From: a virus | Taxonomy: Duplodnaviria; Caudoviricetes | Length of the DNA stretch: 44,141 nt | Virus record (IMG/VR): IMGVR_UViG_3300025888_000003 | Span: 1-44,141 of that record | Reading direction: 5' to 3' (one strand) | Shown: positions 8,433 through 19,235 of the stretch, piece after piece | Layout: the number at the start of each line of letters is the position of its first letter | Numbering within the stretch: position 1 is the stretch's first letter | Translations under genes and position numbers: made by a program | The notes under the pieces: generated by a model | Told to the model about the DNA's origin: nothing | The model's database searches: none | The model's input: the letters and a program-made list of their open reading frames with translations, nothing else

Positions 8433-10987
8433 TGGGTAAAGGTGAAGTTTCTCAAAAAATGTACATCAAACAATCGTCGTTTGCTGGCGGTGAAGTCAGC
8501 CCCGACTTGTACGGCCGTGATGATATGGTTAAATACAGCGTGTCAATGAAGCAATTATCAAACTTCTTCCCCCATCCCTTCGGCGGATTTAGCAATCGCC
8601 CCGGGCTACAATATATTGCAGAAGTCAAGGATTCAACTAAGAAAGTTAAATTGTTACCGTTTCAATTTAATAATGAGCAGGCAGATATAATTGAAGCAGG
8701 AGAAAATTATTTTAGGTATATAAAAGGTGGCGGCCAGATTATCGATCCGACAACCAGCGCAATTATCGAAACAGCGACTACTTATAATGAATCGGATTTA
8801 TTTAACCTTAAAATAGCGCAGTCTGCCGATACTGTATATATATGCAATAATAAATATAAGCCAAAAACATTAACGAGATCAAGCCATTATAACTGGACTT
8901 TTGCTGATTTTAATTATGCTAATGGACCATTCAGGAAGGAAAATGTCACTGATACTTCGATTACACCAAGTGCTATTACTGGGACTGGAATAACATTGAC
9001 TGCAACTAGTAATATATTCACATCAGATCAAGTTGGATCGTTGTTTCAAATTAGTCACGATGTAACAAATCAATCAATTATTGGTAATTATACCGGAACA
9101 GCAACAACTAATACGATTAAATGCAATGGTACTTGGTCGCTAACGACAGGCGGCACTTGGCATGGTTTAATTTATGTCCAATGGTCTAAAGATAATGGGG
9201 TAACGTGGGAAAATATCAGGACTTATCGGTCTGGTGGAGCAACAAATATCAGCGATTCTGGGAATACAGATCAATTAGTTTTACTTAGAATGTATTTAGT
9301 GTTAGATACGGCTGGAATTGATATTACATTAAACGCTTATTCATTTGTCAATGATGGTGTTGTTAAAATAACTTCGGTTACTAGCGGAACCGTGGCTATC
9401 GGTGACGTTATAACTGATTATGCCGATAATAATATTGGCATTGCTATGACGACAGCGACAACAAACTGGTCCGAAGGGGCTTGGTCAACTAAAAACGGAT
9501 ATCCAAGTTGTGTTAAATTCTACCAAAATAGATTATGCTTTGCCGGGACAACAAAAGATCCACTAACATTATGGATGAGCAATATTGGTGATTATCCAAA
9601 CTTTCTGGTCCATCCTGTTGTAGTTGATAGTGATGCAATTGAAGCTCCATTAGTCAGTCAAGGCGTTAATGCTATTCGAAGTATGGTGTCTGTTGACAAT
9701 ATGCTGGCATTTACGGCGGCAGGAGAATGGAAAATAGGCACTGGCAGTGAATCTACAGGGCTATCTCCAACAACGGTTAGAGCTACCCAGCAGGAATATC
9801 GCGGGGCATCTACACTTGATCCGCTTATCGTCGGTAACCGAGTATTATATTGTCAGGATATGGGTAGTACCGTACGAGATATTGGCTACAGTTTATCTGA
9901 TGACGTGTATAAGGGCGACGATTTAACTCTCATGGCAAGACACTTTTTTAGGAATTTTGAAATTGTTGACTGGGCATATCAAGCCGAACCAGACGGAATC
10001 ATTTGGGCAATTAAAAGTGATGGTATTTTGTTAAGCCTAACTTATCTTAAGGATCAAGACGTTTATGGTTGGTCAGAACATACTACTGCTGGAGAATTTG
10101 AAAGCATCGCAAGTATACCCGGAACAAATTACAGTGAGGTTTACTTTGTAGTCAAGCGCGACATAAATGGTACTACAAAACGGTTCATTGAGAAACTAGC
10201 ACATCGAATGGAATCTGCCGATCCAAGAGATCAATTTTTTGTTGACTGTGGGTTGTCTCTTGATAATCCGATTGCGATAACGGGGATTACAAAAACTAAT
10301 CCTGTTGTTATCACGGCCCCTAGTCATGGACTGGCTGCTGGAAACTACGTTGATATATCAGATGTTATCGGAATGATTAATTTAAACGGTTACCGCTATA
10401 AAGTTGGGGTAACTACGACAAATACCTTCACGATAATTAATATGGATGATTCATCCAGCATTGACGGGGCTGCGTTTAAAACCTATAAATCGGGTGGTAA
10501 TGTACGCAAAGCTGTTTTAACTGTATCGGGTCTAGACCATTTGAATGGTGAAACGGTTACCATATTAGCTGATGGCAGCGTTAATACCCCGCAGATAGTC
10601 ACTAACGGTAGTATTACATTAGACGACTATGCATCAAGAATACACGTTGGACTTGGATATAATTGTGATGCAGAAACACTTGATATCGACTTCCCCGTTA
10701 AAAACGGTACGGTTCAGGGACGATTTAAGCGCATTAGCGAAATAACTTTGCGAGTAGAAAATACTTTTGGAGGTTCAGTTGGCATTAATGGACCTGATAA
10801 TATTGAAATAATTGAACAAACGTTGTCTACTACGTGGGGTAAACCCGGAAATTTAGTCACTGGAGATATGAAAGTTTCTCCCTACGCAGACCTCGATACA
10901 CATGCAACGGTATTTATTAGACAGTCAGATCCCCTTCCTATGACAATACTGTCGATTATATCGGGGGTTGAATTTGGTGATAACTAA
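8432..10987 (+). CDS. Tail nozzle (tail tubular protein B-like)
   Basis: SFAGGEVSP, NRPG, AQSAD, GYPSCVKFYQNRLCFAG, WSEHTT, HVGLGY, PLPMTILSI motifs; 851 aa. Confidence 0.9.
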   Translation: MGKGEVSQKMYIKQSSFAGGEVSPDLYGRDDMVKYSVSMKQLSNFFPHPFGGFSNRPGLQYIAEVKDSTKKVKLLPFQFNNEQADIIEAGENYFRYIKGGGQIIDPTTSAIIETATTYNESDLFNLKIAQSADTVYICNNKYKPKTLTRSSHYNWTFADFNYANGPFRKENVTDTSITPSAITGTGITLTATSNIFTSDQVGSLFQISHDVTNQSIIGNYTGTATTNTIKCNGTWSLTTGGTWHGLIYVQWSKDNGVTWENIRTYRSGGATNISDSGNTDQLVLLRMYLVLDTAGIDITLNAYSFVNDGVVKITSVTSGTVAIGDVITDYADNNIGIAMTTATTNWSEGAWSTKNGYPSCVKFYQNRLCFAGTTKDPLTLWMSNIGDYPNFLVHPVVVDSDAIEAPLVSQGVNAIRSMVSVDNMLAFTAAGEWKIGTGSESTGLSPTTVRATQQEYRGASTLDPLIVGNRVLYCQDMGSTVRDIGYSLSDDVYKGDDLTLMARHFFRNFEIVDWAYQAEPDGIIWAIKSDGILLSLTYLKDQDVYGWSEHTTAGEFESIASIPGTNYSEVYFVVKRDINGTTKRFIEKLAHRMESADPRDQFFVDCGLSLDNPIAITGITKTNPVVITAPSHGLAAGNYVDISDVIGMINLNGYRYKVGVTTTNTFTIINMDDSSSIDGAAFKTYKSGGNVRKAVLTVSGLDHLNGETVTILADGSVNTPQIVTNGSITLDDYASRIHVGLGYNCDAETLDIDFPVKNGTVQGRFKRISEITLRVENTFGGSVGINGPDNIEIIEQTLSTTWGKPGNLVTGDMKVSPYADLDTHATVFIRQSDPLPMTILSIISGVEFGDN

Positions 10988-11417
10988 CATTATCGAATCG
11001 AAATTTGATGATTATGTTAACATTAAAATACATCCGAGTAATGTTGAAGAACTTAATTTAGTTACTGGGATAGAACCCGAATTGTGTCTAGCCATGTTAT
11101 GGGAAACAAGTAAAAACAAAACAAGCGTTTTTGTTAAAGGAAAATTAATATGCTTGTTTGGAATTGTACCGCCCCATAACTTTTGGCTACTATTTTCAGA
11201 TGGAATAGCCGAATTGCCATTGAGTTTTTTTAAGGAAAGCCGTAAAGTTGTGACAAAATTACATCAACAATACGGTTTTATTGATGGACATATTTATATT
11301 AAAAATGAATTTGCTTTAAAGTGGGCTAAGTTTATTGGCTGGAATATTGATGATCCAGCACTGCAAGGAAAATACAATAAACTATGCTACCACTTTTATT
11401 GCGGAAAGGAGTCCTAA
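10977..11417 (+). CDS. T7 gp13-like GNAT-fold virion assembly protein
   Basis: Position after nozzle; LICLFG, FWLL, NEFALKWAKFIGW motif; start uncertain (10968/10974/10977). Confidence 0.65.
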   Translation: MITNIIESKFDDYVNIKIHPSNVEELNLVTGIEPELCLAMLWETSKNKTSVFVKGKLICLFGIVPPHNFWLLFSDGIAELPLSFFKESRKVVTKLHQQYGFIDGHIYIKNEFALKWAKFIGWNIDDPALQGKYNKLCYHFYCGKES

Positions 11418-11418
11418 T

Positions 11419-12030
11419 ATGTGCGGGCCAACAAATAATGCAAATCAAACTTATGCTACTGCGGGCAATGTTCTAGGAACGTACGGACAAATGCAGGCCG
11501 CAAAAAATAATGCTGCTTATCAGGCTAGTGTTGCGAACCAAAATGCGGCGATTGCATCAGCGCAGGCGATATCCGTCGGTCAAGCGGGAGCTAATCAGCA
11601 AGTTAATATTAGGAATCGTGCCGATCAAATGGCTGGCACTCAAAAATCAGCATTAGCTGCTAACGGTCTTGATATTGGGTCCGGTTCTCCACTTGCCATA
11701 TTATCAAACACGGCTTATTTAGGCGAACAAGATGCGCAAACGTCCCGGCAGAATACAGAACTTCAAATGTGGGGTCTAAACAATCAAGCCGCAAACTATA
11801 AAACGCAGGCAAATGCGGCTACTGCTGCTGGTGATAATCAGGCGAATACTGCGCTGCTGAACGGCATTACTGCGGCATCAAAGCAGTATGCTACGTTTGG
11901 TAAATCGTCGGTAGGGGTTCCTGTAAGTAACAAGCCTGCATTCAATAGTGCGCTTGCACCTACCGATGCAAACGGTAATTATTTTATTGGCGGTAAACCG
12001 AATTATACAGTCGGTGTTAAAAGGCGGTGA
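11419..12030 (+). CDS. Internal virion (ejection) protein, T7 gp14-like
   Basis: ATG after AAGGAG; MCGP start, Q/A-rich, GTQKSALAANGLDIGSGSPL motif. Confidence 0.8.
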   Translation: MCGPTNNANQTYATAGNVLGTYGQMQAAKNNAAYQASVANQNAAIASAQAISVGQAGANQQVNIRNRADQMAGTQKSALAANGLDIGSGSPLAILSNTAYLGEQDAQTSRQNTELQMWGLNNQAANYKTQANAATAAGDNQANTALLNGITAASKQYATFGKSSVGVPVSNKPAFNSALAPTDANGNYFIGGKPNYTVGVKRR

Positions 12031-12035
12031 TTTAA

Positions 12036-13538
12036 TTGGCAGTCGTTCCAACACTTAATAATAATCAACCAACAGTCCAGCAGCAGCCTATGCCTGATTA
12101 TCGGGTGCAGCCTGTAGCTGAACCTGATTCATTTGGTGCTAGTGCCGCGAAAGCAGTTAGCGCAGTTGGCGAGGACTATAATCAGATGGCTGTTAAACAA
12201 AAGCAGTCAGCAGATTTACAAGCTGTCCAGCAGGCCACAATTGGTGCCACAACAGAGATAAACGATTATGCTCATAATCCTAATGATGGATACTTAAATC
12301 GCACTGGCACCGATGCTAAGGGCGTAGCACAGGCAATGGGAGCTATGAATAAAGCAGTAGTTTATAAGTACGGTCAAAGTTTAACCGATCCTGTTCAGCA
12401 GCAGGCATTTATAAACTCCATGAACCCACTTATACAGGGGTACCAAGATGCTGCCGATAATCACGAAGTAACACAAACTAAAATAGCGCAGAAGCAAATT
12501 GCTGATGCAGCGGCATCGGCTAGTCAGAGCACGGTAATAGCTAATTATAGTAATCCTACTGTTGCCGATCCTGCATTTCATAATGAATTACTTCACCAGC
12601 AAGCATACCAATCGTCAATCGGTACGCCGGCAGATGTAATATCGCAGTCGCTAAAAAGTTATTCTACCGATACCGTAACTAAAATGATTAAAACTGCCTT
12701 GTCTGTAAACGATATTCAAGGTGCCCAAAATGTACTAAACCATTACGGATATGATACGAGTAAAATGGATGGCGGTACTAGGACAGAATTGCAAGGGGTT
12801 ATTGACAAGGTAGCACTACCAATAACGTTGCAACAGATAAGCGATAAATTTATGCAAGCATACGGAATGGATCAAGTAAAAGGTACCGCCGCTATTAAAT
12901 CAGAATACGGAAACGATGTAAATGTTGATAAAATATTATCACGATACAATGCCGATATGTCTACGGCTAGAACAAATAAAAATATTGCCGATAAGGCATA
13001 CCTAGAAAGCACTGTTGGCAATCTGATGAAAGCTGAAACACTAGCTGATGCACAAAATATTATTAGTAGTTCCAACTTGTTGCCTACGCAGAAAGTTACA
13101 TTATTAAATCAAGCACAGGCCAAGTTTAAGGCGTTAGAAAAACCTACTCCATTACAGGCGTTTTTTGATAGATATGAAAGAACTGGATTTATTACTGATA
13201 CCGAAAACATACGCCAGTACAATCAGATGCAGGCAGACGGTAAAGATGTTAGTCCGTCACAGCAAAAAAGTTTTAACGATTCGACAGTAAGAATGACTAA
13301 TTATGATACATTTATGAGCAACGGTGGCTATAATCCTAAATCAGCGGCGGGTTCTGCGGAAGATCAGCAAAATAACGCAGTAGCCATTTTTAAGTCTATG
13401 GACGATATGGCATCAAAAGGAATGACACAAGATGAAATTTTTAGTAAATTAGACGAAGTTGCACCTAAGTACGGATTCGATCCCAATTATTTTAAAGGTA
13501 ATGCGGAAGGAAAATGGGTTAAGAAGGTGGCTAACTAA
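12036..13538 (+). CDS. Internal virion (ejection) protein, T7 gp15-like position
   Basis: 500 aa helical Q/A-rich protein between the gp14-like gene and the giant ejection protein. Confidence 0.7.
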   Translation: MAVVPTLNNNQPTVQQQPMPDYRVQPVAEPDSFGASAAKAVSAVGEDYNQMAVKQKQSADLQAVQQATIGATTEINDYAHNPNDGYLNRTGTDAKGVAQAMGAMNKAVVYKYGQSLTDPVQQQAFINSMNPLIQGYQDAADNHEVTQTKIAQKQIADAAASASQSTVIANYSNPTVADPAFHNELLHQQAYQSSIGTPADVISQSLKSYSTDTVTKMIKTALSVNDIQGAQNVLNHYGYDTSKMDGGTRTELQGVIDKVALPITLQQISDKFMQAYGMDQVKGTAAIKSEYGNDVNVDKILSRYNADMSTARTNKNIADKAYLESTVGNLMKAETLADAQNIISSSNLLPTQKVTLLNQAQAKFKALEKPTPLQAFFDRYERTGFITDTENIRQYNQMQADGKDVSPSQQKSFNDSTVRMTNYDTFMSNGGYNPKSAAGSAEDQQNNAVAIFKSMDDMASKGMTQDEIFSKLDEVAPKYGFDPNYFKGNAEGKWVKKVAN

Positions 13539-16500
13539 TGGGTGCATATGAAGATATGATGGGTGGAACGGAAGAAAGAACTGCTCCTGAGCCCGATAAG
13601 GGTATTATAGGTAATGCTTGGGACGATGTTGTCAGCATTGCAAAAACATATGTTGCAGAAGCTGTCCAAGGTGCTAAGGACGTTATGTCTAGTGGCAACC
13701 AACTAGCACAGGATAACCCGTTAGCATTATCTGGTACTCCTGTGCAGGAAGGAATGACGAATGCACCAGCACCAGCGCAGTCAGATCAGCAGCAGCAGGA
13801 TTATAACGCATATCAAGAATCAACAGGTAACTTCGCTAATAATACAATTAAACCTGTTGTAGGACTTGCAGCTATTGCAGGGTCATTACCTTACGTTGGT
13901 CCAGCAATGGGAGCAGCAGGGGCAGCGGCAGGGGCCGCATACAGTCCGTTTTTTGCATCAGATATAATTAAATCTGCTAAAAAAGGTGGTGTAGGTCAGG
14001 TTGCTAGTGATTTTACTGTAGGCCCAGCACTTGATATTGCGGCACAGCCAAACCTAGGAGAACAATTCCACAAAAAACCCGTTACCACAGCCTATAACGT
14101 TGCTATGGCGACATTACCATTTTATCTTGTTGGTAAAGGTGTCCATGATGTTGTTAAGTCTAACGCGTTGCTGGATAAGGCTTACAGCATACCGGAAACC
14201 AATCCGCTACAAGTACAAACAATGTCACCTTATGAAGCTATGACACAAGGGCTAGTTGATAATAAACCTGCTGTTTCTGAATCTCCTGCGCTTCCAGTTG
14301 CTAGTGGTGTTGAAAATTATGCAGGGGTTACACCTGAAACGAAAGCAGCAGCCAACGATTTTGGTTCAGAATTAAAGCAAGATTACGGCATTGATGCTGT
14401 AGTTACTTCCGGTAAACGGTCAGAAGAAAATAACACGGCTGTTAACGGTGCTGAAAATTCGTGGCATTTACAAGGCAAGGCTGTTGATCTTGATATCGGT
14501 GATGTTACTCCAGAGCAGCAAGTGGCAATCAAAGCTAAGGCAGAAGCAGATGGATGGGGAGAAGTTTTATATCACGACGCAGGAACGGGAGTACATTTGC
14601 ATTTAGCTGATTATCAAGGTAAAACTAGCGGTAATTTTGATTCGTGGTTTAGTGCTGTAGCGCAGCAGGAATCTGGTGGCGATTATAATGCAGTTGGGCA
14701 AAACGTCCCAGGCCAAGGCCGGGCGCAAGGTAAATTTCAAATTATGCCTGATAATTGGGAACCATGGTCTAAAGAAGCTGGTCTTCCTGATGGATCAGAA
14801 ATGACACCAGCTAATCAAGAAATTGTAGCTAAATATAAGCTCCAACAATATTATGACAAGTACGGCCCTGACGGTGCCCTTGTTGCTTGGTATGCAGGGG
14901 AAGAAAATGGCGCAAGATGGGCAAGGGGGGAAGTTGATGCAATTGGCGAAGGCGGTCATTACTCTTGGGACGCTAAGCAAGGTGACGCACCAAGCGTACG
15001 CGAATACGTCCAGCAAGCTATGGACAAGGCTAAAACTGCTGGCTATGATCGTGGCACGGCGGCAACAAATGCACCTGATACAGGTATATCATCCGTTGAA
15101 GCAAACAATCGACTGGTAGAAGAAAATAAGCGCACTACAGTAGAAGCCAATAATTCATTAAATGGAATTGAACAAAATGCAAATGATGGTTGGAAGAAAA
15201 CAGGGGAAGAATATTTAAAGGATCAGTCTGATAATAAAAAAATATCTGATACAGTATATAAAATAGAATCACAACCATGGGGTAATAATGCAGATGAAAT
15301 AAATAATAAAAATTGGTATCACGGGACAGGAACAGAAGGGTTAACCCCTGATAGTTTATCTACGCATTCTACTAAAATAGAAGGACTATTTGGTCACGGG
15401 GTTTATTTGACCGATAACCCAGAAATTGCGCAAGGATATGCTAACGCAAGAGGAAATAAAACAAAAACGCCTACTGTTTATCAAGCTAAAGTTAATGTAG
15501 TAAATGTATTGGACTTAGAAAAGCCAATGCCAGATAAAGCTTATAGCGTTTTTAGAAAAGAAGCAGAACTTACGTCAAGGCAATATGGAGAACCAAAATT
15601 ATTACAAAATATAGAAGATTTACATAAAAACGGTGCTTCCGGTGATAAAATTTATAGAGCATACTCGCAAGGTATAGAAGAAATATCTCGCGACCAATTT
15701 ATTCCAAAAAGTGAATTTGTAGAAAGTTTTCAAGATTTATCAGGAAATTTAAAAGAAGCTGGTTATGATGCCTATACCCATACCGGAGGTAAGCGAACAG
15801 GTAAAAATCCTCATCAAGTATTAATTATGCTTGATCCAAAGGATGAATTATCTCAAACTGGTAGAAAAAATCAAATATATAAATTTGAACCAGTAAAAAA
15901 CAGTAAAAAATCTAAAACTTATTCTAAAATACTTGACGATCATAAGCAAATTGTTGAAGATGCCCTAAAACGTGGCGATCCGGTACCGGATAAAGTTTTA
16001 AACGAATATCCCGACTTGGCTACTAAATATAACGAAGCTGGAGTAGGTAACCAAACTTATGGCACACTCAAAGATGGCGAATTTGGCTCTGTTACAAATC
16101 CTGATGTTGTACCGTCAGCACCTGCTAAAATAAATAATGTCACCAAGCCAGAACTAATCAACGCTATTGATAAACTCGTACAAACTCGCACAGGTAATGT
16201 ATCAAAAGGATTTTTGGGTTTATACAAGGGTAATGATAAAGTTATTCGCGTACGCAGTTACGGCGATTTTGAAACCTATTCTCATGAAATTGGTCACGCT
16301 ATTGACGGTACATTAAATATACCTGGTCATGATTTTGAATTAATCGCTAATGCCGACAAAATTTGGCAAGGCCACCCAGTATATGATAAATATAGTCCAG
16401 CAACGAAACGGGCAGAAGGAATCGCAGAATTTGGCAGACAGTATTTGCTGAACCCTACCGAAGCACAGAAAAACTTTCCTCGTTATTTTGATGCATTCCA

Positions 16501-19222
16501 GCAGAAGCTAGCTGAAAATCCTAAGTTTGCGAAACAATTTAATAATATCGGCGATATGATGAAGTCATGGTACGCACAAACGCCAGAAGCCCGGAATCGT
16601 GGAAGTATATCATTCGGTAGTGATAAAAGTTTAGTTTCCCCTACAAGCAGAGCAAAACAATTGTCGAATCGTTCCTACGAGTTATTTGTAAATGATCTTG
16701 ATCCTATTCAACGAATAACCGCGCAAGTTGAGCATGAACTTGGTCGGAAACTTAATTTTGACGAAAACCCTTACCTGCGTGCAAGAGCAGCGCAAGGCAT
16801 GCCGGGAATGGTATCTGAAATGATACTACAGGAAAAGGATGTTGCTATCCTTAAAGACTTATTAAACGAATCCTATGGCGGGAAAATAAAATATGCGGTC
16901 AGTATGTACGATGTGTTTAAAGGTATTGATGATCGTGTAATGAATGCGAAATATCCTACTTATTTGAAAGACGGTAATTTTGCAAATTGGCATCAGGCAT
17001 TAAGCACATTGCTAACGACAAAAGCGTCAATAGAAAGAAAAGACGTTAATTATGCACAACCGTTAAAATTAGCACAAGATAAATTAGTTGAAGCTAATCA
17101 ACGGGTAAAAGATGCTGTTGCAAACAACGAACCATTAAAATCAGTTGCTAAAGCAACCGCACAACAACGCCTAGCAGAAAACGAATTAAAACATATCCAG
17201 CAAGCTGGGTACAAAACCCCTGTCGATCTTAAAGATGCTCAACATCAAGTCGATAACGCGCCGCCAGAATTACATGATGCAGCAGAAAAGTTTTATCAAT
17301 ACAATGACAATCTACTGTCAATAAAGGAATATGGTGGATTAGTTAGTTCCAAACTAGCACAACAATTGCGAGATAAGTATCAAGATTACGCAGCTATGAA
17401 CCGCGACTTTTCAGCAGAGGGAGAATCCGGTTCGCAAAGTATGGGCGGTTCAGCCTACGGTAATATTAGCAATCCAATTAAAAAGTTAAAAGAAGGCGGT
17501 TCTGCGCAGCTTGTTATTGATCCACTAGAGAGCGCAGCCAGAGATACAGCCGCTACATTAAGCGCAGTTGAACGTAATATGGTAGCGCAGGTGCTAGTTA
17601 AGTATAGCGACTCTCCGGGTGTAGGACAGGTACTTGAAAAGTTACCCGGCGTTAAAACAGGTGATGCCAAGAAAAGCATATTTACTGTCATGACAGATGG
17701 AGAAAAGCAAGCATACCAAACTACACCGGAATATTACCGGGCAATTCAATCGCTTAAACAGGAAACATTACCAGCATGGTTAACGCCAGTAAAATGGTTT
17801 AGCCAAGCGTTACGACTGGGTGTAACTATTGCACCTGATTTTATTATTCGTAATATGTTAAAAGATACAATTACCGCTAGTGTATTTAGTCATACCGGAT
17901 TTAAACCGCTACTAGGCACTATAGAAGGCATTAAAACTCAGCTTACAGACAAACGCCTTAATGCAGAGTATAAGTTTTCTGGTGTACCACTAGGAACGTT
18001 TGTAGGACGTGATAGGCGCGCAATTAGTGACTACGTTTCTAAGATATCAGGTGATTCGAAAAGATTATCTTCACTTCCTGTATTTAAGCAAGCGGAATTA
18101 ATATATGAAGGTTTGCGCAGGGTTGGAGAAACGATTGAGTCTTCCCCTCGTATAACAGAATACGCTAATGCCAGAGCACAAGGTAAAAGTGTTCGCGAAG
18201 CTAGCGTAATGGCACGTGATGTATCCGTTGACTTTCTACGGGGTGGCACAATATCAAGAGTATGGAATCAAATCGATCCATTTTTTAACGCTACCATTCA
18301 AGGCGGCGATAGACTGGCAAGGTCATTCGATAAAAAAGATGCACTATCCACAGTAGCTAAGGCAGTAACTTATATTACCGTTCCAAGTATTGCGCTGTGG
18401 GCGTTTAACCATGACCAGCAGTGGTATCAAGAACTTAGCGACGACGATAAAAACCAATACTGGATTATAAATACTTCTGGTGGATTGCTTCGCATACCAA
18501 AACCATTTGAACCCGGTACTATATTCGGTTCACTACCCGAACGAGCACTAGAACAAATGGCTAAAGAAAATCCAGAAGCAATGAAAAACTGGGCTAAATA
18601 TGCGATTAATAACTTTAAGCCCGGTTTGATGCCGGCGGTAATAGGCCCTCTGATTCAGTGGCAGACCAATTACGACTTCTATCGTGACAAGCCAGTGGTA
18701 AACCAACGGGAACAAAACTTACCGGATGCGCAACAGTATAACGCTTACACTACTGAATTTGCTAAAAAAATAGGCGCAGCAGCTAATTTGTCACCAGAAA
18801 AAATTGATATGGCAATCAAGGGGTATCTAGGCAGTGCTGGATCATTTGTAGCTAGTTCGCTTGATAACGTTATCCCAGGTCATACCGTTATGCCAGATAA
18901 AAACTTTGCAGAACAGCCGGGCGTTAAGGGTCTATTTAAGACTCCTTTAAGCAATCCTAAGTCTGTGCAAGACTTCTACGACCATTTTACCGAAGTAGAA
19001 AAGAACTATAATGCTACAGGTAAGAAGGGTAATCCTCCAAACGATGTTGCGGGAATGCGCGGATTTGACAGCCAGATAACGGCACTCAACAAAGATAATC
19101 GTAATATATTAAATAGCGATAAGCTTGATGCTACAGCTAAACGTCAGAAGATGGATGCCAATAACGCAAAAATATTAAGTATTGCTAAGAAAGCCAACAG
19201 CAAATATCCACCTAATTATTGA
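13538..19222 (+). CDS. Large polyvalent ejection protein: M15 peptidase, lysozyme-like transglycosylase, ADP-ribosyltransferase-like, zincin and LPD38-like domains
   Basis: VTSGKRS..SWHLQGKAVD..HLHL; QESGGDYNA..GKFQIMP..AWYAG; WYHGT..GHGVYLTDNPEIAQGYA; SHEIGH..AEGIAEF; PFFNATIQG..LRIPKPFE. Confidence 0.85.
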   Translation: MGAYEDMMGGTEERTAPEPDKGIIGNAWDDVVSIAKTYVAEAVQGAKDVMSSGNQLAQDNPLALSGTPVQEGMTNAPAPAQSDQQQQDYNAYQESTGNFANNTIKPVVGLAAIAGSLPYVGPAMGAAGAAAGAAYSPFFASDIIKSAKKGGVGQVASDFTVGPALDIAAQPNLGEQFHKKPVTTAYNVAMATLPFYLVGKGVHDVVKSNALLDKAYSIPETNPLQVQTMSPYEAMTQGLVDNKPAVSESPALPVASGVENYAGVTPETKAAANDFGSELKQDYGIDAVVTSGKRSEENNTAVNGAENSWHLQGKAVDLDIGDVTPEQQVAIKAKAEADGWGEVLYHDAGTGVHLHLADYQGKTSGNFDSWFSAVAQQESGGDYNAVGQNVPGQGRAQGKFQIMPDNWEPWSKEAGLPDGSEMTPANQEIVAKYKLQQYYDKYGPDGALVAWYAGEENGARWARGEVDAIGEGGHYSWDAKQGDAPSVREYVQQAMDKAKTAGYDRGTAATNAPDTGISSVEANNRLVEENKRTTVEANNSLNGIEQNANDGWKKTGEEYLKDQSDNKKISDTVYKIESQPWGNNADEINNKNWYHGTGTEGLTPDSLSTHSTKIEGLFGHGVYLTDNPEIAQGYANARGNKTKTPTVYQAKVNVVNVLDLEKPMPDKAYSVFRKEAELTSRQYGEPKLLQNIEDLHKNGASGDKIYRAYSQGIEEISRDQFIPKSEFVESFQDLSGNLKEAGYDAYTHTGGKRTGKNPHQVLIMLDPKDELSQTGRKNQIYKFEPVKNSKKSKTYSKILDDHKQIVEDALKRGDPVPDKVLNEYPDLATKYNEAGVGNQTYGTLKDGEFGSVTNPDVVPSAPAKINNVTKPELINAIDKLVQTRTGNVSKGFLGLYKGNDKVIRVRSYGDFETYSHEIGHAIDGTLNIPGHDFELIANADKIWQGHPVYDKYSPATKRAEGIAEFGRQYLLNPTEAQKNFPRYFDAFQQKLAENPKFAKQFNNIGDMMKSWYAQTPEARNRGSISFGSDKSLVSPTSRAKQLSNRSYELFVNDLDPIQRITAQVEHELGRKLNFDENPYLRARAAQGMPGMVSEMILQEKDVAILKDLLNESYGGKIKYAVSMYDVFKGIDDRVMNAKYPTYLKDGNFANWHQALSTLLTTKASIERKDVNYAQPLKLAQDKLVEANQRVKDAVANNEPLKSVAKATAQQRLAENELKHIQQAGYKTPVDLKDAQHQVDNAPPELHDAAEKFYQYNDNLLSIKEYGGLVSSKLAQQLRDKYQDYAAMNRDFSAEGESGSQSMGGSAYGNISNPIKKLKEGGSAQLVIDPLESAARDTAATLSAVERNMVAQVLVKYSDSPGVGQVLEKLPGVKTGDAKKSIFTVMTDGEKQAYQTTPEYYRAIQSLKQETLPAWLTPVKWFSQALRLGVTIAPDFIIRNMLKDTITASVFSHTGFKPLLGTIEGIKTQLTDKRLNAEYKFSGVPLGTFVGRDRRAISDYVSKISGDSKRLSSLPVFKQAELIYEGLRRVGETIESSPRITEYANARAQGKSVREASVMARDVSVDFLRGGTISRVWNQIDPFFNATIQGGDRLARSFDKKDALSTVAKAVTYITVPSIALWAFNHDQQWYQELSDDDKNQYWIINTSGGLLRIPKPFEPGTIFGSLPERALEQMAKENPEAMKNWAKYAINNFKPGLMPAVIGPLIQWQTNYDFYRDKPVVNQREQNLPDAQQYNAYTTEFAKKIGAAANLSPEKIDMAIKGYLGSAGSFVASSLDNVIPGHTVMPDKNFAEQPGVKGLFKTPLSNPKSVQDFYDHFTEVEKNYNATGKKGNPPNDVAGMRGFDSQITALNKDNRNILNSDKLDATAKRQKMDANNAKILSIAKKANSKYPPNY

Positions 19223-19235
19223 AAGGGGTGATTGA

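Noticed and set aside
10260-10510. Eukaryote-like ubiquitin E1 FCCH domain in the nozzle protein
   Set aside because: This small beta insert (ITGITKTNPVVIT..HGL) is common in podovirus tail proteins and does not indicate ubiquitin biology
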